Below the pieces are notes generated by a model, which worked only from the letters and a program-made list of their open reading frames with translations, was not told the DNA's origin and did no database searches. From positions 4,058,799 through 4,122,798 of the forward strand of contig MU053588.1 of the NCBI GenBank assembly GCA_013239625.1: a stretch of 64,000 nt of DNA, given 5' to 3'. The translations under genes were made by a program, and so were the position numbers. Numbering within the stretch: the first letter of the stretch is position 1; the number at the start of each line of letters is the position of its first letter. Shown one piece after another: positions 10,425 to 22,773 of the stretch. The stretch comes from Lama guanicoe. Taxonomy: Eukaryota.

Positions 10425-10739
10425 GTGAGTTGTGTTTTCATCTCTTGTTTGGCAGTGAGTGGCTGTGTCTTTTCTGATTTCTCAGAGCATGAAAGATAAT
10501 ATCAGGTATTTGGTATCTGTCATATACCAGGCATTTGTTTTTTAGTAGGCAATTTTATTTATGGTTTCTGTCTGTCCTCCGTTTTATTTCCCAAGTAATA
10601 GTGCAAAAGCAAATGAAAATTTTCTACTTTCCTACTCGCCTTCCAAACCATAGTTTTTGATACTGTATTTAAAATAGTCACTGATAACTGTATTTGCAAT
10701 AATAGGAAAAGTATGATTTTGAATTGTGCTTTCTTCACT

Positions 10740-12790
10740 ACTTTTTATAACAGCCTCATTGAAGTATAATTCACATATTGTACAATTCACCCATTTAAAG
10801 TGTAGAATTCAATGGGTTTTTTCTTCAAACTTGAAGTATAGTTGATTTACAATGTCACCTTACTTTCTGGTGTACAGCAAAGTGATTCAGTTATATATAC
10901 ATATATATATTCTTTTTCATTATATGTTATTACAGGCTATTGAATATAGTTCTCTGTGCTATACAGTAGGACCGTGTTGTTGATCTATTTATATATAGTA
11001 GTATGTATCTGTTAGTCCCAGATTCCTAATTTATCCTCCCCTCTTACCCCCTGGTAACCATAAGTTTGTTTTCTATGTCTATGACTGTTTCTGTTTTGTA
11101 AATAAGTTCATTTGTGTCATTTTTTTAGACTCCACGTATAATATCATATGATATTAGTCTTTCTCTGTCTGGCTGACTTCACTTAGTGTGACAATCTCTA
11201 GGTCCATCCGTGTTGCTGCAAATGGCATTATTTCATTCTTTTTTAATGGCCGAGAGTTAGTCCATTATGTAATACGCCACAGCTTTTTTATCCAGGCATC
11301 TGTCAGTGGACGTTTAGGTTGCTTCCATGTCTTGGCTATTGTAAATAGTGCTGCTGTGAACCAATGGTTTCTAATATATTCACAGATACCACAGTTACTT
11401 TTAGAACATTTTCATTACCTCAAAAAGCAACCCTGTACCCATTAGCTACCACAGCCCCTCCACCCCTCATAAAAATAGAATTGTATAATATGTAGTCTTT
11501 TCATGACTCGCCTCTTTGATTTGGTGTAGTGGTTTCAAGGTTTATCCATGTTGTGGCATGTATCTCTACTTCATTTTCCTTTTTATGACTGGAAAATATT
11601 CCATTTATGAATACAGCACATTTTATTTATCTGTTCATCATCTTGGAATATTTACCCCTTCTGGATGTTATGTGTAATGCTACTGTAAACATCTGTATAC
11701 AAGTTTTTGTGTGAATGTTGTAATTTCTCTTGGGTATTTCTCTTGGGTAGTGATGGAATTGCTGGGTCATCTGGTAACTCTTGTTTAAATGTTTGAGGGC
11801 CTGCCAGACTGTTTTCCAAAGTGGCTGCACCATTTTACATTCCTGCCAGCAGTATATCAGGGTTCCTCTCCACATTTTTGCCAACACTTGTTATTGTTTG
11901 ATTTTTTTTCCATTCTAGCCAACCTACTGGGTGTGAAGTGGTATTTGTGGTTTTAATGTGCATTTTTCTTAATGACAAATCTGTTCGCTTTAAAACTGGG
12001 TTATTAGACTTGATAGCATTGAGTTGCCAGAGTACTTCAGATGTTCTGGATACTAGTGCCTCATGAGACACATGGTTTGCAGATGTTTTCTCCCATTACG
12101 TAGGTTGTCTTTTCACCTTCTTAATAGTGTCCTTGGTACAAAATGTTTAATTTTGATGAAAATTTCAAAATTAAAAAAGAAAAACAATTTTTTGTTGCTT
12201 CTCATGTTCTAAGAATCTGCTCCTAAATCTGAGGTCATACATACTCACCCCTGTTTCCTTTGGAAATATTTCTAGCTTTGACTCTCACTTTTAGCTCTTG
12301 GGGCAATTTTGAGCTAATTTTGTATAAAGTGGGAAGTGTCCAGTTTCTTTTACGTGTGGCTGTACAGTGGTCCAGCACTATTTGTTGAAAAAAATGATTC
12401 CCCATTGAATGGTCTTGGCGCCCTTGTTGAAAACCAGTGGAGACTGACACACCACCGTTCTGATGTGTGACTCATCACACAGTAGATTTGCCAGTTCTGG
12501 TTTTTTGCTGTAGTTGGAAATGATGTATCTCTATGGTTTTGTTGTTGTCATTTTCTCTGTCTCTTGGGTCTTTTTTTTCAACATTTTGCCACAATTTTCA
12601 AACAGTAACATGGAAAAATCTGTTGGATTGACCCTTTTATCATTGTACAATGTCCTTCTCTGTGTCTGGTAACAATTTTTGTCTTAAAGTCTGTTTTCTG
12701 ATATTAGTATGAACACTCCACCTTTCTTTTTGTTGTTGTTTGCATGCTGTCTTTTCCCACCTGTTCACTTTCAGCCTAGTTGTGTCTTTG
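10740..12790 (-). mobile_element. L1 3' region (L1M-type) with a younger L1 3' end nested at about 10830-11360
   Basis: Continuous antisense L1 3' UTR/ORF2 motifs; ORF 11627-11887 is L1 ORF2 C-terminal-like (KMVQPLWKTVW). Confidence 0.85.
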
Positions 12791-12793
12791 GAG

Positions 12794-13224
12794 TGTGAGA
12801 GGAAAATCAAAATGGAGTTAGTGTTGCTAAGAGAGCTGTCTGAAACAGAGCCGGGAGGCCATTAAGGAAGTTGGCTCATGCACGTCTCAGCCTCTGACCT
12901 TTTTGATCTGATGAAGTTATCTAGGGCATCTGCCAGAAATCCATGCCTGTCCACTTACTGGACCCTTGCTCTAAAAAACGAAACAAAACACCACCACACA
13001 CGCACAACTCATGATTCCCAAGGACAAATATTTTCTGCCTCACGTCAGAGTCCATCACAGTTCTTACCCAGCAACTTTTAACAACCTTCATACCTTTTTG
13101 TCTTTTATCAGCCCATGACTCTTTCTTTTCCTTGAAGCACTCTCATGGTTACCTGCATCTGTGTCTCCCAAATTGATAAACTCTTGACTTACTTGCAGAC
13201 TCCTGCGTTATTTTTTGGTTGACA
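12794..13224 (+). mobile_element. Solo ERV1-type LTR
   Basis: TG...CA ends, AAAATGGAGT start motif, near-TSD GGAG/GAAG. Confidence 0.75.
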
Positions 13225-13639
13225 GAAGCTCCTGAGGGACAGCTCAGAACTCGGCTTTTCCTTTTAAGCTTTGTGAGTTCATTGTCTCCCCCAGCTGAAC
13301 TGCTATCAGGCTGCCCCATTGCATGGGGCGGGCCCTCCAGGGAATCAGCTGATTGGTCCGATAGTAATTCTTTTTTCAAAGGAGGCTTAGAAAGAGCTCC
13401 AGTCCTGCTCTGCTTCCTGGAGTATGGAAATGCAGACTGTTGCTGAGCAGGGCAGTGGGAGATGGGACTGAGCTAAGTTAAAACCATAAATCTTGCTGTT
13501 CTTACTGAGGTTCAGCTGTTTTTCTTGCCTGAACAGTCCCTAGGTTGCTGCATGCCTGTGGTTAGTTTCCAGAGTTCTGGGGGGAAAAAAGTCAATTCTA
13601 TATCTACTAGTTTTTCATTCCTTGTATGTAAGGTGAAGT

Positions 13640-15125
13640 TTCAGAGGTCCTTACTCTACCATTTTTGCTCAATGTTCCTGTGTTAGTATTTTCATGGACT
13701 TAACATAAAATTGAGATTCGTCAGTATTGTTCCATTCATCAGTTCATTCCTTTTAAATTTCCATTTCTTAGTATAGTGTGGATATACATTCATGGTATGG
13801 ATTTATCACAATTTGTTTATCTGCTGACCAGCTAATGCAGCTTTCAGTTCATTTCCAGCTGTAAGAACTTATGAGTAAAGCTGCTATAAACATTGCATAC
13901 AGTTTGGGGGTGTGTGTTGTCATTTCTTGTGGGTGACTACATAGGAGTGAGGTTGCTGGGCCTTGGGATAAGTTTTAGTCAAGTTGATAATAAACTGTCA
14001 ATTTTCCAAAATGCGGTTACATTTTGTGTGAGTTCCACACAAATGAACTAGATATTTTTATTTATCTGTTTATTTTAATTCATAGTAATAGGTGTATACT
14101 AGCATCTTAAACTGTGGTTTTAATTTGCCTTTCCCTACTGACCAATGATGTTAAACACGTCCAATGCTTATTGGCCATTCCTGGGTCTTCTTTTGAAAGT
14201 GTCAGTTCAAATATCTTTTTCCACCTAAAAACTTGGATTATGTGTTGTCTTTTCATTAGATTGTCAGAGCTCCTTATCTATGATTGATGCAAGTCCTTCA
14301 TCACATTTGTCTTAGATATTTTCTCTCCCTATGTAGCTTAACTTTTAAACTTTGTAGGAGGGACGGTGGTAGCTCAGTGGTAGAACACATGCATGAGGTC
14401 CTGGGTTCAGTCCCCCGTGCCTCCATTAACAACAACAATAAAAAACTTTGTAATAGTGTCTTCAGAAGTTTTTAATTTAATGAGATGGGATTTATCAAGC
14501 TTATGGAGTTTTTCTTTAGGTTCATCCTTTCTGCGTCCAATTTCAGAAACCTTTGACTAACCCATGTTCATGAAGCTTTTCTTCTGTGTTAGAAGTTTTA
14601 TAGCTCCAGTTTTACATGTAGGTCTATGATACCTTCTGGGTAAACGTGTAATTATGTGCAAAGGGTTAAGGTTCATGTATTTTAACGTATGGTTGTTCAG
14701 TTACTCCAGTAACATTTGTTGAAAAACTACTGTTTCTCTGTTGAATTGCCTTGGAACTTTTGTCAAAACTTAACTGACAAGATATGTGTGAAGTAGTTCT
14801 GGATTGTCTGCTCTGTTCCATTGAGCTATGTGTCTGATTCCATGCTGATACCAACCTGTCTTGACTGCTGTAGCTTTAGAGTAAGTCATGAAATTAGGTA
14901 GCATGAACCTTCCAATTTTGTTCTTCAACATTGTTAGAGGTGTCCTATATCCTATGACTTTTCCATATACATTTTAGAATCAACTTACCAATATCTACAT
15001 TACAGCCTGATGGGATTTAGATGATGACTGTGTTAAATCTATCGATCTAGCTGGGGAGAATTGACATTTTAACAATAATCTGTCTTACCCATGAAAAATT
15101 ATCTCTCTCGATTTACATAGGTCTA
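13640..15125 (-). mobile_element. Old L1 ORF2/3' fragments
   Basis: Antisense L1 motifs, e.g. CATTTTAGAATCAACTTACCAATATCTACA and GGGGAGAATTGACATTTTAACAATA. Confidence 0.75.
14357..14442 (+). mobile_element. Vic-1-type SINE (internally deleted) with TSD
   Basis: TSD AAACTTTGTA at 14347-14356 and 14443-14452. Confidence 0.88.
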
Positions 15126-15199
15126 GCCTCCTGTAAGTTCTGTCTGAATGATAGATTATAGTGTACAAATCATATTCTTCTGTCATAGTCTACCTGCAA

Positions 15200-17390
15200 G
15201 AGGGGGTGACCTCTCATCCCCTGATGGATGCTATGGTGCTGGAGGAGGTCACCCCTCTCCCAGGCCCCTTGGCTGCCTGGGGACCTCCTTGGGATTAACT
15301 GAGTGAACAACAGTGGAGAGGATGGAGTGGGTGAGGGATGCTGCCACCACCCACGTGATGGAGCTCAGTGGAATGCCACCGCTTTCCACCCTGTAGCCAG
15401 GAAGTCCCTGATAAAGAAGAGGACCCAAGCATCCACACAGCTAGTCACATTTCAGGCAGTCTTCTCATCACTGGATGATGCCCTGGCCAACAAATGGTTC
15501 CATCTTCACATTGATTGTAAACCACAGGGCCATTACCTAAAAACTATCATCTAGGATAAACGACTGTGGGGTCTCTTGCCTCACAGACACACAGAGTATA
15601 AATCAAGTCACATATGTCTCTCCACAAACTAAATCCACAACACAAGACCTTGCCGGGACACTCCTTAGCCTCTTCTGAATTACAGAAATTACTGATAGCA
15701 TCCAAGGCACACATTTCACTTTCCAAAATACACATTGCTAGTTCTTAGAAGAGGCATTCAGTAGAATTTTCATGTTGTGATTGGCCCCAGATAGCTTGTT
15801 TTATTAAAGAGAGAGAATGGTCACCTCAACAACTCCTTTCCAAATTTCAGTCAAGCAAATGACTCCTAAATGGATCTCTGTCTTGCCCCAGACCTGACTT
15901 TATCCTGATTCAGGGCTCTTTGGCTGACTCACACCATTTCACCCTTCCGTTATCCTTTCCTGTATTTAAAGTGGGTTATGTATGACCTCCATGTAGATAA
16001 AGACTCATTATGTATGAGGCCCCTCAATAATCTTTCCCCCCCTACCATTAGACATTTTTTTATCTTGCCCCCATCCCACAAGGGCTGGAAACCAGACTGA
16101 AGGTGACTACTCTCCTGGAACCCACTGGAGCCTAAACTTCCACCACCCAGAAAACTTCCCTGAATATTTGGATTATAAGGGATGGATAATTAATCTGCAC
16201 TCTCCCTCTGATCCTCTTCAGGACCACCCAGGACCATCCTCACAGACAGCATGGACATGCAGAAAAGGAGACAGAAAACTCTTCTTAGTACATTAAAAAA
16301 AGTCACATTAGGGCATCATAAATCCATCACTGTATTAGTTTACTGTTGCTGTCCTGAACAAAATAGCACAAGCTGGGTGGCTTAAACAACAGAAGAGTAT
16401 CTCCTCCCAGTTCTGGAGGCTAGAAGTCCAAGATCAAGGTGTTGGCAGGTCTGTTTTCTGCTGAGACCTCTCCTTGCCTTGCAGATGGCGACCTTGCTGT
16501 GTCCTCACCTGGCCTTGTCTTTGTGCGTGTTCCCACCTGGTATCCTTTGCCCAGATCTCCTCTTATAAGGATGCCAGTCAGATTGGATTAAGGCCCGCCC
16601 CAAAGACTTCATTTTCACTTAATCACCTCTTTAAAGACCTCATCTCCAAATATGGTCATGTTCTGAGGTACCAGATGTTAGGACTTTAACATATGAAATT
16701 GGGGGGAAGGTGGACACAGTTTGGCCCATAGCAACTTCATACCCAATAATGATGAAGCCAGACAACCCCTCCTTGGTGATAACGGGTGCCAAGGAAGCTC
16801 AAACCATGTGACTGAGCCTACCAAATGCAGCTGCGCACCGTCCTGGTGACTGTTGGTCTGGTTATCACGGGTCCGGCTACTGTCATTGGTTTGTAACCTG
16901 GATGGCCAAGCCCTCCAAGGAAGCTACTGATTCAACCAGAGTTGGCGAATGCTGCGGCTTGCATGCCATCAGGTTTGGCTAATACAAGCCCTGTGATCCA
17001 AAGACTTTGCCAGCTTGCCTATCACCAACCAGTCCTTTACTCTAGAGGTAAGGGGACCACAGTAATGGGTCAAATTAAATGGCCTCCCTACAGGCTCAAG
17101 CTGGATATTTCCACTGGCAAACAGTCTGACACCCTATTAACAACATGCACCCAAATCAGGCCATGTGACCTAAAACCCATGTGCAGCTGAACTCCTTCCC
17201 CTGGTCACACACAGACACCACTGATCCTTACATATACTTCCCCAAACTCTCAGCACATATCCTGCAAGAACATAATTGCCAGACCTGCCACTACCTTGAC
17301 CTGAAAAATAACACCAAGATGTCATTGTATTTTTTCAATGGCAAACTTCTCCTGATCTGTTGGCCTTACTCTGCTTCAACTTTCCTATGA
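15200..17390 (+). mobile_element. Ancient ERV (ERVL-like) internal region with integrase remnant
   Basis: Frameshifted translation near 15680-15850, ITDSIQGTHFT...RGIQ*NFHV..PQIACFI..RENGHL.QLLSK, resembles the integrase core (SDQGTHFT...WxFH...ERxNG). Confidence 0.6.
16331..16733 (-). mobile_element. MaLR LTR (MLT1A-like) nested in ERV internal sequence
   Basis: TGTATTAGTTT...GGGTGGCTTAAACAACAGAA...CAGTTCTGGAGGCTAGAAGTCCAAGATCAAGG...CCCATAGCA. Confidence 0.88.
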
Positions 17391-17399
17391 ACACACTGT

Positions 17400-20300
17400 A
17401 TTTTAAACCAGGTGATTGTGTCCTCTAGTTTTATTTCTTCTTTCCAATTTGTACACCTGCTAGTTTTTGCACTAACTTGGACCTCCAGTCCAATATTGAA
17501 TATTAGTAGTGAAATTAGACGTCATTGCCTTGTTCTCAGTTTTAACAGGAAAGCATTCATTCTTTCATTATTATGGATGGTGTTAGCAGTGGAGTTTTTA
17601 TAGCTGCCTTTTATCAGTGTGAGAGAGTTTCCTTCTGTTTATACTTTAGAGTGTTAATCATGAATGCGTATTAAATTTTGTCACTTTTTCTGTAGCTATT
17701 GAAATGGCCATATGGATGATTCTTTTTAGTCTCTTATTAACATGAATTATATTGATATAGTTCAAATGGCAAACTGACATTGTATTCCCCAAATGATCCC
17801 CATTTGGTCATGAATTTACTCTTTGTAAATATTGCTGGATGTGATTTCCTGATGTTTTCATATGAATTTCCATGTATATCCATGAGGTATATTCGTCTAT
17901 AGTTTGCTCTTCTTGTCATATCTTTGCCTGGCTTGGGTATCAGAGAAATGCTGGCTTCATAAAATCAGTTGGAGAGAATTTCTTCCTCTTCAATTCTCCA
18001 GAAGATTTTGTACAAAATTAGTACTAATTTAACCCTTTGAATTTACCAATGAAGCAATCTGAGACTTGAGTTTTTGTTGATTAGTTTTTAATTTTAAGTG
18101 GGAAGGAATTTAACTATAGATTCAATTTTTTTTTAATACAGAGCTATTCCATTATTCTGTTTCTTCTTGAGTTTGCTATGGGTAGTCTGTATATTCCAAG
18201 GAATTTTTCCATTTGGTTTTATTGGTACAAAGGTATGCATAATATTCTGTTAATAGCCTTAATTTCTGTAGTGATGTCCACTCTCTTTCCTGATAATAGT
18301 AATTTTTTTGTCTTTTTATTCATAATTAGACTGGCTAGAGATTTGATTTTAATGATCTTGTCAAAGAAGCGAATTTTTGTTTCACTGATTCCTGCTTTGT
18401 TATTTCCTTCCTTTTGCTTACTTAGGGTTTAGTCTTTGGACGTGAAAGCTTAGGTCATTAACATCTATGTTCTGTTCCAATGTAAACATCTATTATGAAT
18501 TCTTCCTAAGCACCAATGTAGTTGCATAAATTACTTTTGATGTAGCGTGTTTTAATTTACCTTTGTGATTTCTTTTTTGTCCCATCTCTTATGACTTCAA
18601 CTCTCTTGAAAGTTGCAGTGTATCTGAAAGGAATTTCTATTCTGCTGCTGGTGGGCTGATTGATCTACAAATGCCAATTACATCAGGTTGATGAGTAATA
18701 TCGTTCATGTCTTCTGTGTTATTACAAATTGTCTTTCTACTTGCTCTGTCATTTACAGAGAAAAGAAATGTGGAAGAGACATTCTAGTAGGTGTGTACTG
18801 GAGTCTAGTTGTGGTTTAACTTTTAACTTCCTTAATTGCTAATGATGTTGTATATATTTTTATGTGCTTATTTGGCATCATTATAGCTGTTTTGGTGAAG
18901 TGTATGTTGATGTCTTTTGCCAGCTTCCAGCTGGGTTGTTTGTTACTGTTGAATTTTATAGTTCTTATTATTGTTTTGAAAGTTTTTTTATATATTACGG
19001 AGAGATTTTCTGAATATGTGATTTGCAAATATTTTCCTCCAGTCTATAGCTCATCTTTTTCATTCCTTTGAAATTGTCTTTTACGTTTTAAAATTTATTG
19101 ATAAGGTCCAATTTATTAATGTGTTTTTATACGGGTTGTGCTTTTGGTGTCAAATCTAAGAACTCTTTGCTTAACCTCAGGTCCCAGATATTTTATTTTT
19201 TATTTTAAAAATTTATAGTTTTACATTTTATAGTCAGATCCATAAATAATTGCTAATTTCAGTATAAGGTGTATGTTTGGTTAAGGCTTATTTTGTTTTG
19301 CACATAGACGGTCAGTTCAACCATTTATTGAAAGCATGTTCTTCATCCACTGAATTGTTTTTGCGTTCTTTGTCAAAGTCAATCTGCCATATTTATATGC
19401 ATACATTTCTGAATTTTCTGTTATGTTCCATCATTCTATGTGTCTGGGCCTTCATTATAGCCACATTCTTGATTACTGTAGCTTTAGAGTATCTCTCAAC
19501 ATCAAGTAGTATGATTCTACTAATTTATTCTTTTAAAATAAAATTTTGATCTATTTAAGTTTTTTTGCTTTTTCTAAATTTTAGAATGAGCTGGTCTATA
19601 CCTACAGAAATGCTGCTAGAACTTTGATTAATACTAGTATTACATTAAATCTGTAAATCAGTTCAGGGATAATTGACGTACTGATTGTGTTTTGAGTATT
19701 CTAATTCATGAACACTGTATATCTTGTCAATTATTTAGGTGTTTGATTTCTTTCTGTACTTTGTACTGCATGGCAGACAAATTCTACATATGTTGTTAGA
19801 TTTATACCTAAGCACCTCATTCTTTGGAGAGATTGGCATTGTGTTTTAAATTTTGTTCATTGCTAGGGCATAGAAAAATTAAAAATTGCTAGGATACAGA
19901 AATATGATTTTATGTGTGTGTGTGCTGACCTTGATAAAATACTTATAAATTCTAGGTCTCTGTAGAATCTTTAGAATTTTCTGGGTATGTAATTATTTCT
20001 TCCTTTCCAGTCTATATACCTTTTATTTCTTTTTCTTGCCTTGGTGCACTGGCAAGCACTTCCAATACAGTTTTGAATAGAAGTGGTGGGAATGGATATC
20101 CTTGCTTTTGTTCCCAGTCATAAGGGGAAATAATTCAGTCTTTACTAATGAGGATGATGTGACCTGATGGTTTTGGTAGGTGCCTTTTATCAAGTTGAGG
20201 AAGTTCTCTTCTTTTCCTACTTTTCTAGGAGTTTTTTTTTAAATCATTACTGGATGTTTTATTTTGTCAAGTGCTTTTCCTGTATCAGCCAACATGATAA

Positions 20301-20535
20301 AGTGTTTTTTCTTTCTGAGACCAATACTGGAAAACATTTTCTGAAGAGGACCATATGATGGCCATTCTGACAAGTGTGATGTGGTGTCTTATTGTGATTT
20401 AGATTTGCATTTCCCTGATATTGGTGATGTTGAGCAGCTTTTCACGTTCCTGTTGGCCATCTGCATTTCCTCTTTTGGAAAAATGTCTGTTCAGTTCTTC
20501 TGCCCATATTTTAAATGGGTTGTTTGCTTGCTTGC
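17400..20535 (-). mobile_element. Old L1 ORF2 fragments (multiple)
   Basis: T-rich antisense ORF2 motifs throughout, e.g. GGGTATCAGAGAAATGCTGGCTTCATAAAAT. Confidence 0.75.
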
Positions 20536-21077
20536 TTTTTAATTGAAGTACAGTTGATTTAAAATTTTGTATTTGTTTCTAGTGTACAGCATGGATGGAC
20601 TTGGAGGGCATTATGCTAAGTAAAATAAGTCAGAGAAAAGACAAATACTTTAAGATGTGGAATCTAAAAAAAATTACAGCAAATAGTGAATATAACAGAA
20701 AAGAAACAGACTCACAGATGTAAAGAAGGAATTAGTGCCTCTACCCACTTTCCCAAGCACGTTCTGGGTATCTACCAATGTCAGTAACTTTGAACTTACC
20801 TTTTATCATTTGATTCTGCATAGTATTCCACTGAATGGATAAAGCCATAACTTGTTTTGTCAGATCCAACTGGTTAATGCAAAGTGTGCTAAGACCAATA
20901 ATGCAGTGATGAACATCCTTTTATGTATATCCACAACACGTTTACATGCCATGAGATAAAGCAGTAAAATTTAGCTGTAAGGGATTTTCATTTAGTTAGT
21001 AATTTTGCTTGTTTTATTGCTTTGGTGAAATTGATAATGGTCACTGTTAAGTAATTTTTCAAAAAAGTAAAGTAAAA

Positions 21078-21190
21078 GGGGAGGGTATAGCTCAGTGGTA
21101 GAGCACATGCTTAGCATCCATGAGGTCCTGGGTTCAATCCACAGTACCTACTCTAAATAATAAGTAAACCTAATCACCCCATCCCCCAAA
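21078..21190 (+). mobile_element. Vic-1-type SINE
   Basis: GGGGAGGGTATAGCTCAGTGGTAGAGCACATGCTTAGCAT...; AAAAAGTAAAG repeated on both sides. Confidence 0.92.
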
Positions 21191-22282
21191 AAAGTAAAGA
21201 AAAATCATCCCAACCCTCTGCCGGCGTAAACCAGGCAGCTTATTCATCAGCATCCTTCCACGTGCTCTGTGCACATAGCCATGTCTCTAGGGACACACGC
21301 CTTTATTACTGGGAGCAGACCAGGAAGGCGTTAACCTAGTTTTCTCACGACAGTACTTTTCCTGTCTTCATACAGCTATATTATATTTCTTACGTCTGTA
21401 TATTATTAGAATATATTTAAATATTTTGCTGGTGCTTTTTTTTTGAATTTATATAAACATTTTTGTGTACGATCTTTCTTACTTTTGCAATAATCTTCTA
21501 AACAAAACCACTAGTGCTAGGATTTGCCAGGTCAGAGTATTCTGATACATCTTGACCAGCTAATGTGGTTCACTCCTACTGAGGGAAGGTGAACACAGAG
21601 TGCTGTGTATGTATGTGGCAGTTAATCTAAATTGCTAATGTTAATGAAATCGCAATCAAAATTCAACAGGTTTCTTGTCTACTCTACTCCATTTTTTTGT
21701 GGGGGGGGACACAATGGAGGTGGAATGTGACAAAATTAATATGCTTAATTTCCGCTAAAGCCCCCGACTGAGTATGTCTCGATGAAGGGCTGGGGTAGAG
21801 AAGGCCTGTGATGTGGCCTGAATGGAAATAGTGGGAGGAAACCAATGGCTAACAATTCGAGTTTACTAGGAAAATTTCTGTCATTAGTAACTCAGAGTTA
21901 CAGGCAACCCTAATTAATGAACTAAGGTTTGAAATTGCCAGTCATATAAACTGCAGTGTGTTGTTACCAGATTAATTTTTAAAAACTAGTGTTTTTCAGT
22001 CTATAAAATACAAACTAACACTACTGTTACACCACACACAGTGGATGATACTGGACCTATAACTGAAGCTGGATGGAGGATGGGAGTCAGTCCCGAGTCT
22101 TGTCCACATCTGCTCTGTGGTGGTTGGCAGTATTTATTACGTGATTCTCTGTACTTCAGTTCACGTTTCCTGAAATTAATCTTATTAAGGCGACTTGAAG
22201 GATTCCTTGTCTATTATGAATCTGGGGTAGGGAGTTGATGAGAACTTAAAAATATCTGTGCTAATTAGAAGGACTTTCTCCA

Positions 22283-22388
22283 CTTGGTTCAGTAATTGCC
22301 GGCACCTGTTAGGAGCCAAACACAGTTGTACACGGTAGAGATACAGGGGTGGAACACACTCCTCCCCCCACAGAGGTTACGCTGCAGC
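22283..22388 (-). mobile_element. L2 3' end in ZNF235 3' UTR
   Basis: GGCACCTGTTAGGAGCCAAACACAGTTG...GAGATACAGGGGTGGAAC...CCCACAGAGGTTAC, the reverse complement of the L2 terminus. Confidence 0.6.
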
Positions 22389-22773
22389 TGACGTCAGTTT
22401 GGCTTGTCCATCGTTACACTTCTGTTACAGTCCTGCCCGTGACCTTCACTTATACGCCTTCTTCTCCTGGGGAGACCCCAGTGAGTCTTCTCTTGTGTGG
22501 CATCTTGAGAATTGGGACATTCAGAACTCTTAACCACTGACCATATTTATAGAATAGGTTCTCTCTCATCTGTGAAAGCTGATGTCTGCCAAGAATTCAC
22601 CTCCCAACTGAATCCTTAAAACACAACGTTTGTTTCATAATAGAATTTATTTCCCATGAAGATTCCCTTAAGTGTCTGAGTTCTGAAGGAATTTCCCACA
22701 GTTACCAGCGTGGATGTCCCAGTGGAGATGCAGAAGGGAACTCTCACTGAAGGCTCTTCCCTGCCTCACATTT

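Noticed and set aside
21078..21152. tRNA-Ala-like genes (here and at eight other sites)
   Set aside because: A-rich tails, TSDs, internal deletions and broken stems show they are tRNA-derived SINEs
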